Below are positions 1-9,411 of a stretch of DNA of 39,139 bases, one piece after another. Under the pieces are notes generated by a model. It was not told the origin of the DNA. It did not search any database and was given only the letters and a program-made list of their open reading frames with translations. Position numbers and translations under genes: made by a program. The number at the start of each line of letters is the position of its first letter. Positions within the stretch are counted from its first letter, which is position 1. Source of the DNA: Candidatus Kerfeldbacteria bacterium (GTDB lineage: Bacteria > Patescibacteriota > Patescibacteriia > UBA9570); assembly GCA_016207285.1 (NCBI GenBank), contig JACQPW010000003.1:1-39139 (forward strand). Reading direction: 5' to 3'.

Positions 1-28
1 CACGGCATATCTGGTTCCGCAGTGGGGA

Positions 29-1510
29 TCAAGGGGAGGTATGAGTAGCAGTGCTCTTTGGTCTGAGTATCTCCCAATCCGTTTTATTGAAAAAGCGCAA
101 GGCTACCAGCACCAAACAATAAATCGTTCCGCCGGCGAGCACACTAACCGGTAAGGGGATATGCGGTTTAAGAAAGATGATACCACCATACATTACGGCA
201 CCAGCCACAGCCGCAGGCAATAACTTCCATAAGGTGAGCCAGTAGCTATCTTGGGTAAAGCGTTTGGCTAAGATGTACATCACGGTTTGAATCAGGATCT
301 CGGTACTTAAGGTGGCCATCGCGCCGCCTAAGAAGCCGAACTGCGGGATGAGGATGATATCTAGGATAATGTTCACTACTACGCTGCCGGCCTCTAGCTT
401 GGTGCGCAGGGGTTGCTGGTCAATGGTGGCAAAGACCTGGCTGGAAGTCGTGCCAAGCAAGCGGACAGCAAAAAAGAGACCGAATAGTTCTAAGGCGGGC
501 GTGGCTGACCACAAAGATTCCTTATAGACTAGTTGCATCACTTGATCTGCCAGAGCGGTGAGGCCAACGCCAAGGGCAATCCCAACCGCACCCAGGTAGC
601 GCATCGAGAACAACACTACGCGGCGGTATTTAGTGAGATCGGTTTTATAGTATTCATACAGGTACGGCGTAATGACTTGCAAACCAATGCGGGGAAAGAT
701 CAATAGAAAAACAATAATCCGACTAGCGGCTCCATAGCGGCCAATATCACCCGCTGGTATATCTGCCCAACCGGTTAACTGATAAAAACGGAGGATCAGC
801 TTATCAATTTCAAAATAAATCGTTGTCACCACCGCTTGCATACTAAACCAGATTCCTTCCCCTAACATCGGTTTCAGCAAAGTTTGATCAAACTGGGGCG
901 GCACTAATTTAAAAGAATGCAAGGCATACCAACCCACAAAGATCAGTGTTGTCACTGCATACAGTACGGCAATGGATAGGGCACCTGTGGTCAGATCCGT
1001 CAGGTAATGGGTGATCAGCCACACCCCCACTAATTTAGAAATACCATCCAGCACTTCGACAAAGGAGATCCATTCATTGTGGTGAATAGCGCGATAAGCG
1101 GACCGAATGACGACTCGGTATTGAATCAAGGCTTGACCAATCCCCAGGATCAGTAGCAACCAAAACATCCGGGTGACACCGTTGATCAGCACATAACCAC
1201 CTAAGATACTGGCTTGCAGTAACAGCCAGGTAGTGGATTCAATCACCAAACCAGTGCCGTAGAAACGCTGCAAGGCGACTTTACCTTGCTGCGCCCCATG
1301 ACGCATAATCACCATGCTCATCCCCACCTCGCTCATGATCATGATAATACTGACAGCTGATAACGCCACATCAAAGGCATCAATCAAGCTGGGATCGCCG
1401 ATCAGGTAATTGGATACCTGAATGACGGATAAGCCAACACACACTCGGTAGATGAGGCGCGAGGTCATTAAGCGACCAATCACTCGGACTACTTGGCGGG
1501 CAGTAGACAT
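29..1510 (-). CDS. MOP-superfamily (Wzx/MurJ-like) polysaccharide or lipid-linked-oligosaccharide flippase
   Basis: 493-aa ORF with ATG at 1510. It is hydrophobic along its whole length (about 12-14 predicted helices) with no soluble domain, the pattern of polysaccharide-biosynthesis exporters. Its ATG lies 2 nt from the stop of the upstream AlkP paralog, so the genes are co-transcribed. Confidence 0.7.
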   Translation of the reverse strand: MSTARQVVRVIGRLMTSRLIYRVCVGLSVIQVSNYLIGDPSLIDAFDVALSAVSIIMIMSEVGMSMVIMRHGAQQGKVALQRFYGTGLVIESTTWLLLQASILGGYVLINGVTRMFWLLLILGIGQALIQYRVVIRSAYRAIHHNEWISFVEVLDGISKLVGVWLITHYLTDLTTGALSIAVLYAVTTLIFVGWYALHSFKLVPPQFDQTLLKPMLGEGIWFSMQAVVTTIYFEIDKLILRFYQLTGWADIPAGDIGRYGAASRIIVFLLIFPRIGLQVITPYLYEYYKTDLTKYRRVVLFSMRYLGAVGIALGVGLTALADQVMQLVYKESLWSATPALELFGLFFAVRLLGTTSSQVFATIDQQPLRTKLEAGSVVVNIILDIILIPQFGFLGGAMATLSTEILIQTVMYILAKRFTQDSYWLTLWKLLPAAVAGAVMYGGIIFLKPHIPLPVSVLAGGTIYCLVLVALRFFNKTDWEILRPKSTATHTSP

Positions 1511-1512
1511 AT

Positions 1513-3087
1513 TTACAAATCAATATCAGCTACTAGCTGCTTAAGGGCATACTGTTCCGTGGCCTGTTCCCGCTGACTGGGTTGGTGTAACGGACTAGTG
1601 GGTTTAAAGATATCCATCGGTTGGCCGCGATGCTGTTGTTGTACTGGTAAGCTCATGGCCTGCATAATGGTTGGTGCCATCTGCATAATCGAGCTAGTGG
1701 GCATGGTACGATGATCGATCGCCTGACCATAGGCCAAAAACATCCCGCGTTTATCGTGATAATTTTTTGTCGTCTTTTCATATAACGCTGCCGAATGCAG
1801 TGAACCGGATAGGTAATATTTGTCTGAACTGATAAACAGATCTGGAGAGTTGGGCAGCAGGGGAGCATCACCATACACTGTTTCGGCGGTCAGTACTTCT
1901 TCCACCAGTGGTTGAAGTTTAGATACTAACTCATCACGCAACCCTGTCCGTTGCTCGGCTGGTACAATCCCGTTTTTAAACCGACCACGATCATTAATGT
2001 AGAGCATACTGGCCATCGAGCCACGGGGGAAACCAATTTTGGTTTTGGCTAAGTCCAAAGTCAAATCGATGGTGACATTCACGGGCACAAACCGTTTGAA
2101 GATATGATGATAAAACCATTTGGCGGCGCGCTCCAACCACACCGAGGATTTTAGAACGTTGCGCAAACCTTTCCCGACCTTTATTTGTGTACGCTTACCC
2201 TGCATCGTTTCAATTTCGCGCGATAATTTAGTATGGCTGGCTTGGAACGAACCAGTACCACTCGTCGTCGCTAAATAACCTTGCTCTTCTAACCAACGGT
2301 TGAGATAGAAAATTTCATCATACACTTTAAAGCCATGATCGGACATCACTAATAAGGTAGTGTCCGCATCCATCTGTTGCATGATCCAGCCAATAAAATC
2401 ATCCATGATATCCCACATCTTCCAGGCTGGCTGATAATGCTCTCGTAGGGCTTTGTCGTAGACCACATGTGATACCCAATCGGTACCCGAGGACAAGAAA
2501 AAGAAAAAATCCCACGGTTCATTACTGAATAGCTCTTTAGCACCCGCAATGCGCTCTTGTTCTAATCTACATAAATCCTCCACGTACGGTGTAAAGTTAT
2601 TTGTAGAACGCAGCTTTGCATTGGGTGATAAGCGATAGTTTTGTAGCGCTGGATATTTGGCTTTTAATGACTCTGGGTAAATATATTTATCGCCACGGGT
2701 CATTAAACTGGTAATGGTGATCTCTGATTTTAATTTTGGTGGAAAGGTATTGGGTAAATTAATCAGGATCGGTTTGCGGCCATGCCGGACCATGGTTTCG
2801 TAAATCGTTTCACTGGTAATTTTAGTACTATCAATAATATCGACATCCGTTAGGTCATTGTTGACCACTAAAAAATCTAGGCAGCCATGTTGCGTTGGGT
2901 AAAGGCCAGTGGCAAAGCTCGTCCAAGCAGGAGCACTGTGAGCCGGATGCGTCGATTCCAGTGTGCTGGACATTCCTTTCGTTTGCATGGTCTTGAGATT
3001 CGGTAAGCGACCTTCCGCCATCATCAGATTGACTAAATCCCAACTGGAGCCGTCTAAACCAATCACAACTACTTTAGGCTTGTTCAT
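1513..3087 (-). CDS. Alkaline-phosphatase-superfamily protein, type I phosphodiesterase/nucleotide pyrophosphatase family (paralog 1 of 3)
   Basis: 524 aa. Motifs: VVIGLDG (metal-ligand Asp), HSAPAWTSFATGLYPTQHG (nucleophile Ser/Thr plus the TGxxPxxHG family signature), VMSDHGF (second metal site) and a late HDKRGMF. No signal peptide or TM segment. ATGA overlap with paralog 2 at 3084-3087. Confidence 0.75.
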   Translation of the reverse strand: MNKPKVVVIGLDGSSWDLVNLMMAEGRLPNLKTMQTKGMSSTLESTHPAHSAPAWTSFATGLYPTQHGCLDFLVVNNDLTDVDIIDSTKITSETIYETMVRHGRKPILINLPNTFPPKLKSEITITSLMTRGDKYIYPESLKAKYPALQNYRLSPNAKLRSTNNFTPYVEDLCRLEQERIAGAKELFSNEPWDFFFFLSSGTDWVSHVVYDKALREHYQPAWKMWDIMDDFIGWIMQQMDADTTLLVMSDHGFKVYDEIFYLNRWLEEQGYLATTSGTGSFQASHTKLSREIETMQGKRTQIKVGKGLRNVLKSSVWLERAAKWFYHHIFKRFVPVNVTIDLTLDLAKTKIGFPRGSMASMLYINDRGRFKNGIVPAEQRTGLRDELVSKLQPLVEEVLTAETVYGDAPLLPNSPDLFISSDKYYLSGSLHSAALYEKTTKNYHDKRGMFLAYGQAIDHRTMPTSSIMQMAPTIMQAMSLPVQQQHRGQPMDIFKPTSPLHQPSQREQATEQYALKQLVADIDL

Positions 3088-4664
3088 AGGGCAATATCAT
3101 CTAGTAGGGTAGTTAGCTGGGTTTTTTCTGACAGTAGTGCTGGCTTAAAATCCGGTGAAAAAATTGTGAGTGGCTTACCATCGCTATAGGCTGGTACGGG
3201 CAAACCGTATTGATACAACAGGGTGGGTGTGAGGTCAGCAATAGACGCGTTCGTCACTTCTCCGTGGCGAATATTCGGACCCGCCGCAATAAAGATACCG
3301 AACTCATCATGTTTGTTGGAGATATGATCCTCAAAAATGCTCTGTGAATGCAAGTGACCCACAATCCAGACATCCTTGGTGGCACAATGTAAATCTGGTG
3401 AAGGGAGCGGGGGATTATTACCGTACAGTTCTTCCTTGGTATAGACATGCTCGGTGACGCGCTTGCCGGACGGTGTCCGTAATGCTTCTAGTTTCGTTTT
3501 GACATCACTGCGAATGCGATCGTAGTCGGCTTTATCTGTAATCAGCCCTTCGGAAAAATTACCAGCATAATTCAGATACAAGGTTTGCAACATGGCACCA
3601 CGTGGAAAACAGACTTGGGTTTTGTCTAAATCAATCCCAATGTTAATGTCAAAGTGGATCGGTACAAACGGTTTAATCACATGGTTGTACAGCCACTTAG
3701 CGGCGCGTTCAATGGCCGGGTGGAAAAACAAGGCTTTCAACTGGCGTTTGTTTAAACGAATGCGTAAGCGTTTTTTCGAACGGGCGGCTTCCAAACTGCG
3801 CCGTCGGGCGGTAGCATTTTCCTCAAATTTACCGGCTCCGGTGGTAGTAGTTAAATATCCCTCTTGCTCCAGCCAACGGTTGATATAAAACAACTCGGTG
3901 TAATAAGTAAAGCCATGATCCGACAAAATATAGATCGTCGTGTCAGCGGGCAGGTGCTCTTCTACCCAGCCAAAAAATGCATCGACCAAATCAAACACCT
4001 GCATCGCAGTTGGCTCCTTACCCTGTACCATGTCCGCAAAGGCCAGATGAGATACCCAATCGGTAGAGGAGAACAGGAAAAAGAATAGATCCCAATCTTC
4101 GCCAAGTAATAGTTCTTTTACAGCTGTGACACGATCACGTTCAATATCCACAATATGTTGAATATATTCCGGCAACGATTTAGTGAGCTTGAGTGATTCA
4201 TCTGGGCTCAATTTGTAGTTGCGGAGGCTGGGATACTTGGTCAGCAGGGAAGCCGGAAAAATATAGTCATCACCGTACGTCATGAAGTCGGTAATGATGG
4301 TTTGATCCGGTAGCCGCGGCGGATAGGAATTGGGCAGGTTGACTAGGATCGTTTTTTTACCGGCTTGGTGCAATAGTTCGTAAAAGGTCGGTACTTTGAT
4401 TTCAGCACTGGTGGCTGGACGAAAATCACGGATGCTTTTACCGGGGAGGAAAAAATCATAACAACCATGTTTACCGGGATGTACACCGGTGGCAAAGGTG
4501 GTCCAGGCGGGCACGGTGACGGGCGGCTTGGTCGATAGTAACGTGCCACGCACACCGCGGTCAATCAAGCGTTGTAAGTTGGGCAATTTACCCTCCACTA
4601 ACAACGGATCCAAAATCCGGAAGGTCGTTCCGTCTAAACCAATCACTAATGTGCGTGGATCCAT
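3084..4664 (-). CDS. Alkaline-phosphatase-superfamily protein, type I phosphodiesterase/nucleotide pyrophosphatase family (paralog 2 of 3)
   Basis: ATG at 4664; the ORF-track TTG at 4670 is an alternative start. Motifs: LVIGLDG, PVTVPAWTTFATGVHPGKHG, ILSDHGF, KHDEFGIF. No signal peptide or TM segment. Collinear with paralogs 1 and 3 over the whole length. Confidence 0.75.
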   Translation of the reverse strand: MDPRTLVIGLDGTTFRILDPLLVEGKLPNLQRLIDRGVRGTLLSTKPPVTVPAWTTFATGVHPGKHGCYDFFLPGKSIRDFRPATSAEIKVPTFYELLHQAGKKTILVNLPNSYPPRLPDQTIITDFMTYGDDYIFPASLLTKYPSLRNYKLSPDESLKLTKSLPEYIQHIVDIERDRVTAVKELLLGEDWDLFFFLFSSTDWVSHLAFADMVQGKEPTAMQVFDLVDAFFGWVEEHLPADTTIYILSDHGFTYYTELFYINRWLEQEGYLTTTTGAGKFEENATARRRSLEAARSKKRLRIRLNKRQLKALFFHPAIERAAKWLYNHVIKPFVPIHFDINIGIDLDKTQVCFPRGAMLQTLYLNYAGNFSEGLITDKADYDRIRSDVKTKLEALRTPSGKRVTEHVYTKEELYGNNPPLPSPDLHCATKDVWIVGHLHSQSIFEDHISNKHDEFGIFIAAGPNIRHGEVTNASIADLTPTLLYQYGLPVPAYSDGKPLTIFSPDFKPALLSEKTQLTTLLDDIAL

Positions 4665-4666
4665 AA

Positions 4667-6247
4667 TCAAATATTGACTGAGCTTAATAAGCTATCCAAC
4701 TGCTGGTGTTCGGTGGCAGAACGCACTGGGCGAGCGGTTTTAAAGATGGGCAGGACAGTACCATCTAGATTGGGTGGTAGGGCTTGGTCTAAATCGTGTA
4801 GTAAGGTAGGCATAATACTGGCAATTGGCTGCTCTGGTAGCTCTTGTCCAGCAATGTTTTTACCCCAGGCAGCAAACATCCCGACTGGGCCGTGTTTACT
4901 GGAAACCTCGTCCACAAATAATTCACTCGAATGAAATTGACCCACAAACCAGTAATCGCCAAACTCATAAAATAGATCTGGGCAACGTTCCGGTGTGGCC
5001 GTGCCATAAATTTCTTCTTTCGTATACACTTTGGGAGTTACTGCTTGGCCGTCTGGACCACGTAAATTTTCTAACTTAGTTTTGACCTCATCACGTAAGG
5101 CGATATATTCCGCATCTGTCATCGGCTTACCTTGTTTGTATTTGCGGCCATCATTGATGTAAATCGCTGTCATGGTGCGCCCCTTAGGAAAACAAACGGT
5201 GGTGTTCTCAAAATCGATCGTCACATCCAAATTAAATTTGATCGGCAGCCAGGGCTTAGCTACCCGATGGTAAAACCAGCGGGCAAAGCGCTCCACCGGT
5301 TTCACTACGGCTAATAATTTCAACATCTTCCCACTCACACTGACATTGAACCGTTTGCTATTTTGCAGCTGGCTCTTCTGCTCATCTTGCTTGCTGATAT
5401 TTTGATGAAACTGTGCCGCCGGTGCTGACTTGGTGGTAAGGTAGCCTTGTTGTTCTAACCACTTGTTGAAATAGAACGTATGTCGGTAGACTTTAAACCC
5501 ATGATCCGACAACAGGTAGAGATGGGTATCGGCGGGCAGGTGATCCATAAACCAACCTAGTTGCGTATCAATGTAACGGAACAAGTCATAGGCCTTTGGA
5601 AATGAACCATCTAGCAACTGGCTATACATCGCATGTGAGATCCAATCGGTAGATGAAAACAAATAGTAAAATAGATCCCATGGTTCTTGTTGCCATAAGT
5701 CTTTAACGCCAGCCATATGGCCCTGTTCCACCGCAATAATATCATTCACGTACTCGGTGAGCTTACCTTTCACCTGCAGCTCCTCATCGGGAGCCAAGCG
5801 GTATTGTCGTAAGCTCGGGTACGTATCGAGTAATGATTGTGGAAAGACACACTGGTCACCAATGGTGAGCATGTCCGTGATGGTTGGTGTGGGTAGTTTC
5901 GGTGGGAATGAATTCGGCAAGTTCACCAGCACAGAACGTTTACCAGCCTGATGCAGTAGTTCGTAGATGGTGGGTACTTGAATATGGGTACTGTTGCATA
6001 AATCGAACTGTTCCAGATCAGCGGTCGGCAGCAAAAAGTCGTAACAGCCATGTTTACCGGGGTTCACACCGGTGGCAAAGGTAGTCCAGGCTGGGGCTGT
6101 ATAGGGTGGCATGGTAGAACGCAAAGGAGCACGCACGCCTTCACGACAGATACGCTGTAAATTTGGCATATCACCTCGGTCCATCAGTTGGTCTAATAAC
6201 TCGAAGGTGGCACCATCTAAACCGATCACTGCGATTCGTCTTGCCAT
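4667..6247 (-). CDS. Alkaline-phosphatase-superfamily protein, type I phosphodiesterase/nucleotide pyrophosphatase family (paralog 3 of 3)
   Basis: 526 aa, ATG at 6247. Motifs: AVIGLDG, PYTAPAWTTFATGVNPGKHG, LLSDHGF, KHGPVGMF. First gene of the AlkP-AlkP-AlkP-flippase operon. No signal peptide or TM segment. Confidence 0.75.
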   Translation of the reverse strand: MARRIAVIGLDGATFELLDQLMDRGDMPNLQRICREGVRAPLRSTMPPYTAPAWTTFATGVNPGKHGCYDFLLPTADLEQFDLCNSTHIQVPTIYELLHQAGKRSVLVNLPNSFPPKLPTPTITDMLTIGDQCVFPQSLLDTYPSLRQYRLAPDEELQVKGKLTEYVNDIIAVEQGHMAGVKDLWQQEPWDLFYYLFSSTDWISHAMYSQLLDGSFPKAYDLFRYIDTQLGWFMDHLPADTHLYLLSDHGFKVYRHTFYFNKWLEQQGYLTTKSAPAAQFHQNISKQDEQKSQLQNSKRFNVSVSGKMLKLLAVVKPVERFARWFYHRVAKPWLPIKFNLDVTIDFENTTVCFPKGRTMTAIYINDGRKYKQGKPMTDAEYIALRDEVKTKLENLRGPDGQAVTPKVYTKEEIYGTATPERCPDLFYEFGDYWFVGQFHSSELFVDEVSSKHGPVGMFAAWGKNIAGQELPEQPIASIMPTLLHDLDQALPPNLDGTVLPIFKTARPVRSATEHQQLDSLLSSVNI

Positions 6248-6269
6248 AGTTGAACCGCTCGATTATACT
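6241..6269 (+). promoter_or_regulatory. Sigma70-type promoter with leaderless geometry for the GT-C gene
   Basis: TTGCCA(6241-6246)-N17-TATACT(6264-6269)-N9-ATG(6279). Confidence 0.5.
6262..6267 (-). promoter_or_regulatory. Candidate -10 box for the AlkP-AlkP-AlkP-flippase operon
   Basis: A perfect TATAAT on the minus strand lies 14 nt upstream of ATG 6247. There is no convincing -35. It shares its AT core with the plus-strand TATACT. Confidence 0.35.
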
Positions 6270-6278
6270 TGAAATCTG

Positions 6279-7769
6279 ATGAAAAGTCTAGTAGTGAAGA
6301 TTAGTCTGATCGTAGCCATTACCCTACTCGCTGCTTGGTTGCGCTTACCGCATTTAGGCGCGGTCAATTTGTATAATGATGAGTACTATCAATTTGAAAC
6401 CGCCGTTGGCCAACTCAAACTAGGGGAGTGGGTACGGTATGATTACTATACCGAAGCAGCTGGTAAACCGTACGATCGAGCCAAACTATTCATCTACCAA
6501 GTGGTGGGTAGTCTAGCTGTATTTGGAGAAACAGAATCTGCCGCCAGATTACCCGCTGCCGTATGGGGCATTGTGTTGGTACCTTTGGTGATCCTTGGCT
6601 TATTACACACCCTTAAGCATCCGGCCCTGGCCTATCTCACTGGTGTTGTGTTAGCGTTTGATGATTTTAGTATCGGCTTGTCGCGCTATGTGCGCATGTA
6701 CAGTATGCTGATGGTCCTGAGCGTTGCTTTGGTCTGGTGTGTCTATCAGTGTCTGGAAACGCACCAGCGGTGGAAGCGGCTGGGCTACGGCTTAGCCAGT
6801 AGTCTGCTGTTAGTGCTATCGTTCATCATTTTTAAAGAACTGACTCTAGCGCTCGTAGCTGCCATCGGTGTCTATACCACTATCCGAGTAGTCACTTTTG
6901 CCATCACCCGGCAGCCAGCGGATCGGGCATGGACCTGGTTTTGGATTGCTGGCGGAATCATTGCCGTTGTGGCTGTCGCACTAACCGTGGCGGGCATGAA
7001 TGTCATTCCATTGGATGCGGTCATTGTACGCACGCAGCCGCACTGGTCTTATCTCTTGGATTTATTTGTCAATTGGCGCTTACCGATTTTTGCCGCTGGG
7101 TTCTGTATCATTGGCAGCGTACTTGCCCTTAAACAACTGCGTGGGTTCTTGGGGTATAGTGCGGTGCTTAGTTTAACCGTGTTGTCATACTTTACTTTTT
7201 TTAGCCATCGCTGGGATGCACAACGCTACATTAGTATCGTGACACCACTCATCACCCTACTCACTGTGGTGGGAATGTATGCTACTCTGCGGTTTTTGTT
7301 TGCATTATTACCGCAACCAAACTGGCTACGGTTTAGTTTAGTTTTGTTGCTGGCTGGTTTTATCGGACCCTGGGTATCGCTCACCGGTGTGCCCGGAACA
7401 GACTGGTTGAACCGTACGGCCTATGCTGACCAATCCGCTACCGAACTGGGGTATGCGGATATGCGTACTGCCTATGCGTACGTCGCAAACCACGTTCAAC
7501 CTGGTGAGGTGGTGTTGATGCAGGGCCCACGGTATTACTATTGGCCAGATCGTACGGTGCCGATCATGACGTTAGGTGGGTATAAGAGCCTAACATTAGA
7601 TGAATTTAAAGCTTTGGCGGCGCGTGGTACTGGTGGTAGCTGGGTCGTCTACAACACTACCCATCAGCGGCATTTACGTGACAGCATCAAGCTTTATCTG
7701 GACAAGCACTACGACTACGTTGGCACGCTAGCTGACACTGGGGTGGTGGTCTATCACTTCACAAAATAG
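6279..7769 (+). CDS. GT-C-fold membrane glycosyltransferase (GT39/ArnT/PMT_2-like)
   Basis: 496 aa. It has many hydrophobic segments over the first ~370 aa. An acidic loop motif, NLYNDEYYQFE, follows TM1 directly, like the DE/DD loop of polyprenyl-phosphate-sugar-dependent GT-C enzymes. The C-terminal domain of ~110 aa is soluble. Confidence 0.6.
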   Translation: MKSLVVKISLIVAITLLAAWLRLPHLGAVNLYNDEYYQFETAVGQLKLGEWVRYDYYTEAAGKPYDRAKLFIYQVVGSLAVFGETESAARLPAAVWGIVLVPLVILGLLHTLKHPALAYLTGVVLAFDDFSIGLSRYVRMYSMLMVLSVALVWCVYQCLETHQRWKRLGYGLASSLLLVLSFIIFKELTLALVAAIGVYTTIRVVTFAITRQPADRAWTWFWIAGGIIAVVAVALTVAGMNVIPLDAVIVRTQPHWSYLLDLFVNWRLPIFAAGFCIIGSVLALKQLRGFLGYSAVLSLTVLSYFTFFSHRWDAQRYISIVTPLITLLTVVGMYATLRFLFALLPQPNWLRFSLVLLLAGFIGPWVSLTGVPGTDWLNRTAYADQSATELGYADMRTAYAYVANHVQPGEVVLMQGPRYYYWPDRTVPIMTLGGYKSLTLDEFKALAARGTGGSWVVYNTTHQRHLRDSIKLYLDKHYDYVGTLADTGVVVYHFTK

Positions 7770-8518
7770 TGCCACAAGGCGCGTAGATAGATTTGCATGT
7801 TTCGTAGCTTAGGTAATTTACGTACACTCGTACCTTTGAGATGAGTGATGGACTGACTACACAGGCAGCGGATCTTTAGACCGCGGTCATGTAAGCGTCG
7901 GCACAGATCAACATCGTTGTAATACAATGGAAAACGCTTGGCATCAAATAAATAACCCAGCTGTTCAATGGCACTGCGGCGCAGTAGGATGCACGATCCG
8001 GCTGCTTGCTCAATATCGAAATCGGTCTTGAAATCTTTGTCTAGATAGAGGTAGCGTTGTACGCTAGCTGGACGGAACCAGCGGAATCGTTTGTGCAGCA
8101 GTGCGAGTGGGATCATATACCAGTGGGGTAAGCGGCGATGCATGTAGTATTGGGTTGATCCATCTGGATTCAGTAACTTTACTGTAGCAGCAGCATAGTC
8201 TGTGTGCTGTTGCAGCCAGTTCACCATAGCGCTCGCAGCGCCAGCATTCACGATCGTATCTTGGTTCAACAGCCAGATCAGATCACCCTTAGCTAGGGCG
8301 TAGGCTTGATTATTACCGCCGGCGTAACCCAGGTTAGTACTATTCTTAATCAGTCGAATACCCGAAACTTTTTCTAGAGCCGCAGCACTACCATCCGCTG
8401 ACGCATTTTCAATCACGATAATTTCATGTTCAATCTGTGCCAGGGCTGACTGCAGTGATCGCACACAGGCCAACACTTCGTCCTGAGCGTTCCATGATAA
8501 GACGATGACACTTACCAT
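7754..8518 (-). CDS. GT2-family glycosyltransferase, WbbL/rhamnosyltransferase-like
   Basis: 254 aa. Motifs: VSVIVLSWNAQDE..IIVIENASADGS..NLGYAGGNN..LLNQDT, the GT-A pattern seen in WbbL-type enzymes. Last gene of the overlapping six-gene operon. Its 3' end overlaps the convergent GT-C gene by 16 nt. Confidence 0.7.
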   Translation of the reverse strand: MVSVIVLSWNAQDEVLACVRSLQSALAQIEHEIIVIENASADGSAAALEKVSGIRLIKNSTNLGYAGGNNQAYALAKGDLIWLLNQDTIVNAGAASAMVNWLQQHTDYAAATVKLLNPDGSTQYYMHRRLPHWYMIPLALLHKRFRWFRPASVQRYLYLDKDFKTDFDIEQAAGSCILLRRSAIEQLGYLFDAKRFPLYYNDVDLCRRLHDRGLKIRCLCSQSITHLKGTSVRKLPKLRNMQIYLRALWHYFVK

Positions 8519-9411
8519 GCGCTTTTCCCTAGTACAAAACTTAATTGGCCTAAGCGCATCGCTAAGACATTAACCGCTTTAAAATAGGTGTAGCCCAGGC
8601 GCAATGGTAGTAGGCGTACAATCCAGTCGGCTAGATAGCGTTGTGGCCAGAGGAACAAATAATAGCTGTAATAGCGCCACTGATTCTGAGTAGTCGCTTG
8701 GTAACGTAATAAATGTGGAAAGTAAGTTTCGATATAGGCGCGATCATATTTTTGGACAATCTGCATGTTACCAAAGTTTTGGCGTACCCGTTTAACCAAT
8801 AATGTACGCAGCTGCTTGGCATTATGGTGTGTCACCAGCATTTGTGGATCATAGACAATCCGTAAGCCGGCAGCATGCGCCCGGGCACCAAATTCCATAT
8901 CACCACCATACTGGAGATCACGCATAAATTGGCCAATGCGGGTGCAGACACTACGGCGAATGGCCAGATTACGCGTATCCACTCGGCGGAGAGCTGGTTG
9001 ATTAGTGAAGGCCGCAATATTAGCTTCATACATCAGTTGTTCGAGAGCAGCCACGCGCGTGCTCGGCGCTCCGGCGGAATAGCCCATCACTCCAGCAATG
9101 CTGTCATCTGCGAGAGTTTGATCAATGCGTTGCAACCAATCGGGTGCCACTGCACAGTCAGAATCGGTAAACACTAAGACATCGCCTGTGGCTAGACCAA
9201 TGCCGGTATTGCGCGCTTGATAGGAACCGGTAATAGACTCGGTGGCGTAGATAAAATGATGTTGTGCAACGAGTGGTTGAATCCAGTCCGTCTGGCTGTT
9301 TTCTACCACAATCACCTCATGTGCAATCTCGCCTTGCAGCTGACGTAAACTATCCAGGCAGGCTGGCAAGTTGAGATCGTTGTAAACCGGTATGATAATC
9401 GAATACTTCAT
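8512..9411 (-). CDS. GT2-family glycosyltransferase
   Basis: ATG at 9411 forms an ATGA overlap with the upstream stop. Motifs: KYSIIIPVYND..VIVVENS..ARNTGIGLATGDVLVFTDSDC, a classic GT-A fold with a DxD motif. Confidence 0.75.
   Translation of the reverse strand: MKYSIIIPVYNDLNLPACLDSLRQLQGEIAHEVIVVENSQTDWIQPLVAQHHFIYATESITGSYQARNTGIGLATGDVLVFTDSDCAVAPDWLQRIDQTLADDSIAGVMGYSAGAPSTRVAALEQLMYEANIAAFTNQPALRRVDTRNLAIRRSVCTRIGQFMRDLQYGGDMEFGARAHAAGLRIVYDPQMLVTHHNAKQLRTLLVKRVRQNFGNMQIVQKYDRAYIETYFPHLLRYQATTQNQWRYYSYYLFLWPQRYLADWIVRLLPLRLGYTYFKAVNVLAMRLGQLSFVLGKSAW

Noticed and set aside
1-28. The 28 nt upstream of the first ORF's stop, considered as a possible feature.
   Set aside because: It is too short to interpret. 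It may be the start region of a minus-strand gene lying outside the window.
1513-6247. Could the three AlkP-fold genes be PglZ-like components of a BREX-type or other phage-defence system?
   Set aside because: The motifs match the NPP/phosphodiesterase branch (TGxxPxxHG, SDHGF) rather than PglZ. None of the obligatory defence partners (methyltransferase, large ATPase, Lon-like protease) is present. The neighbours are a flippase and glycosyltransferases.
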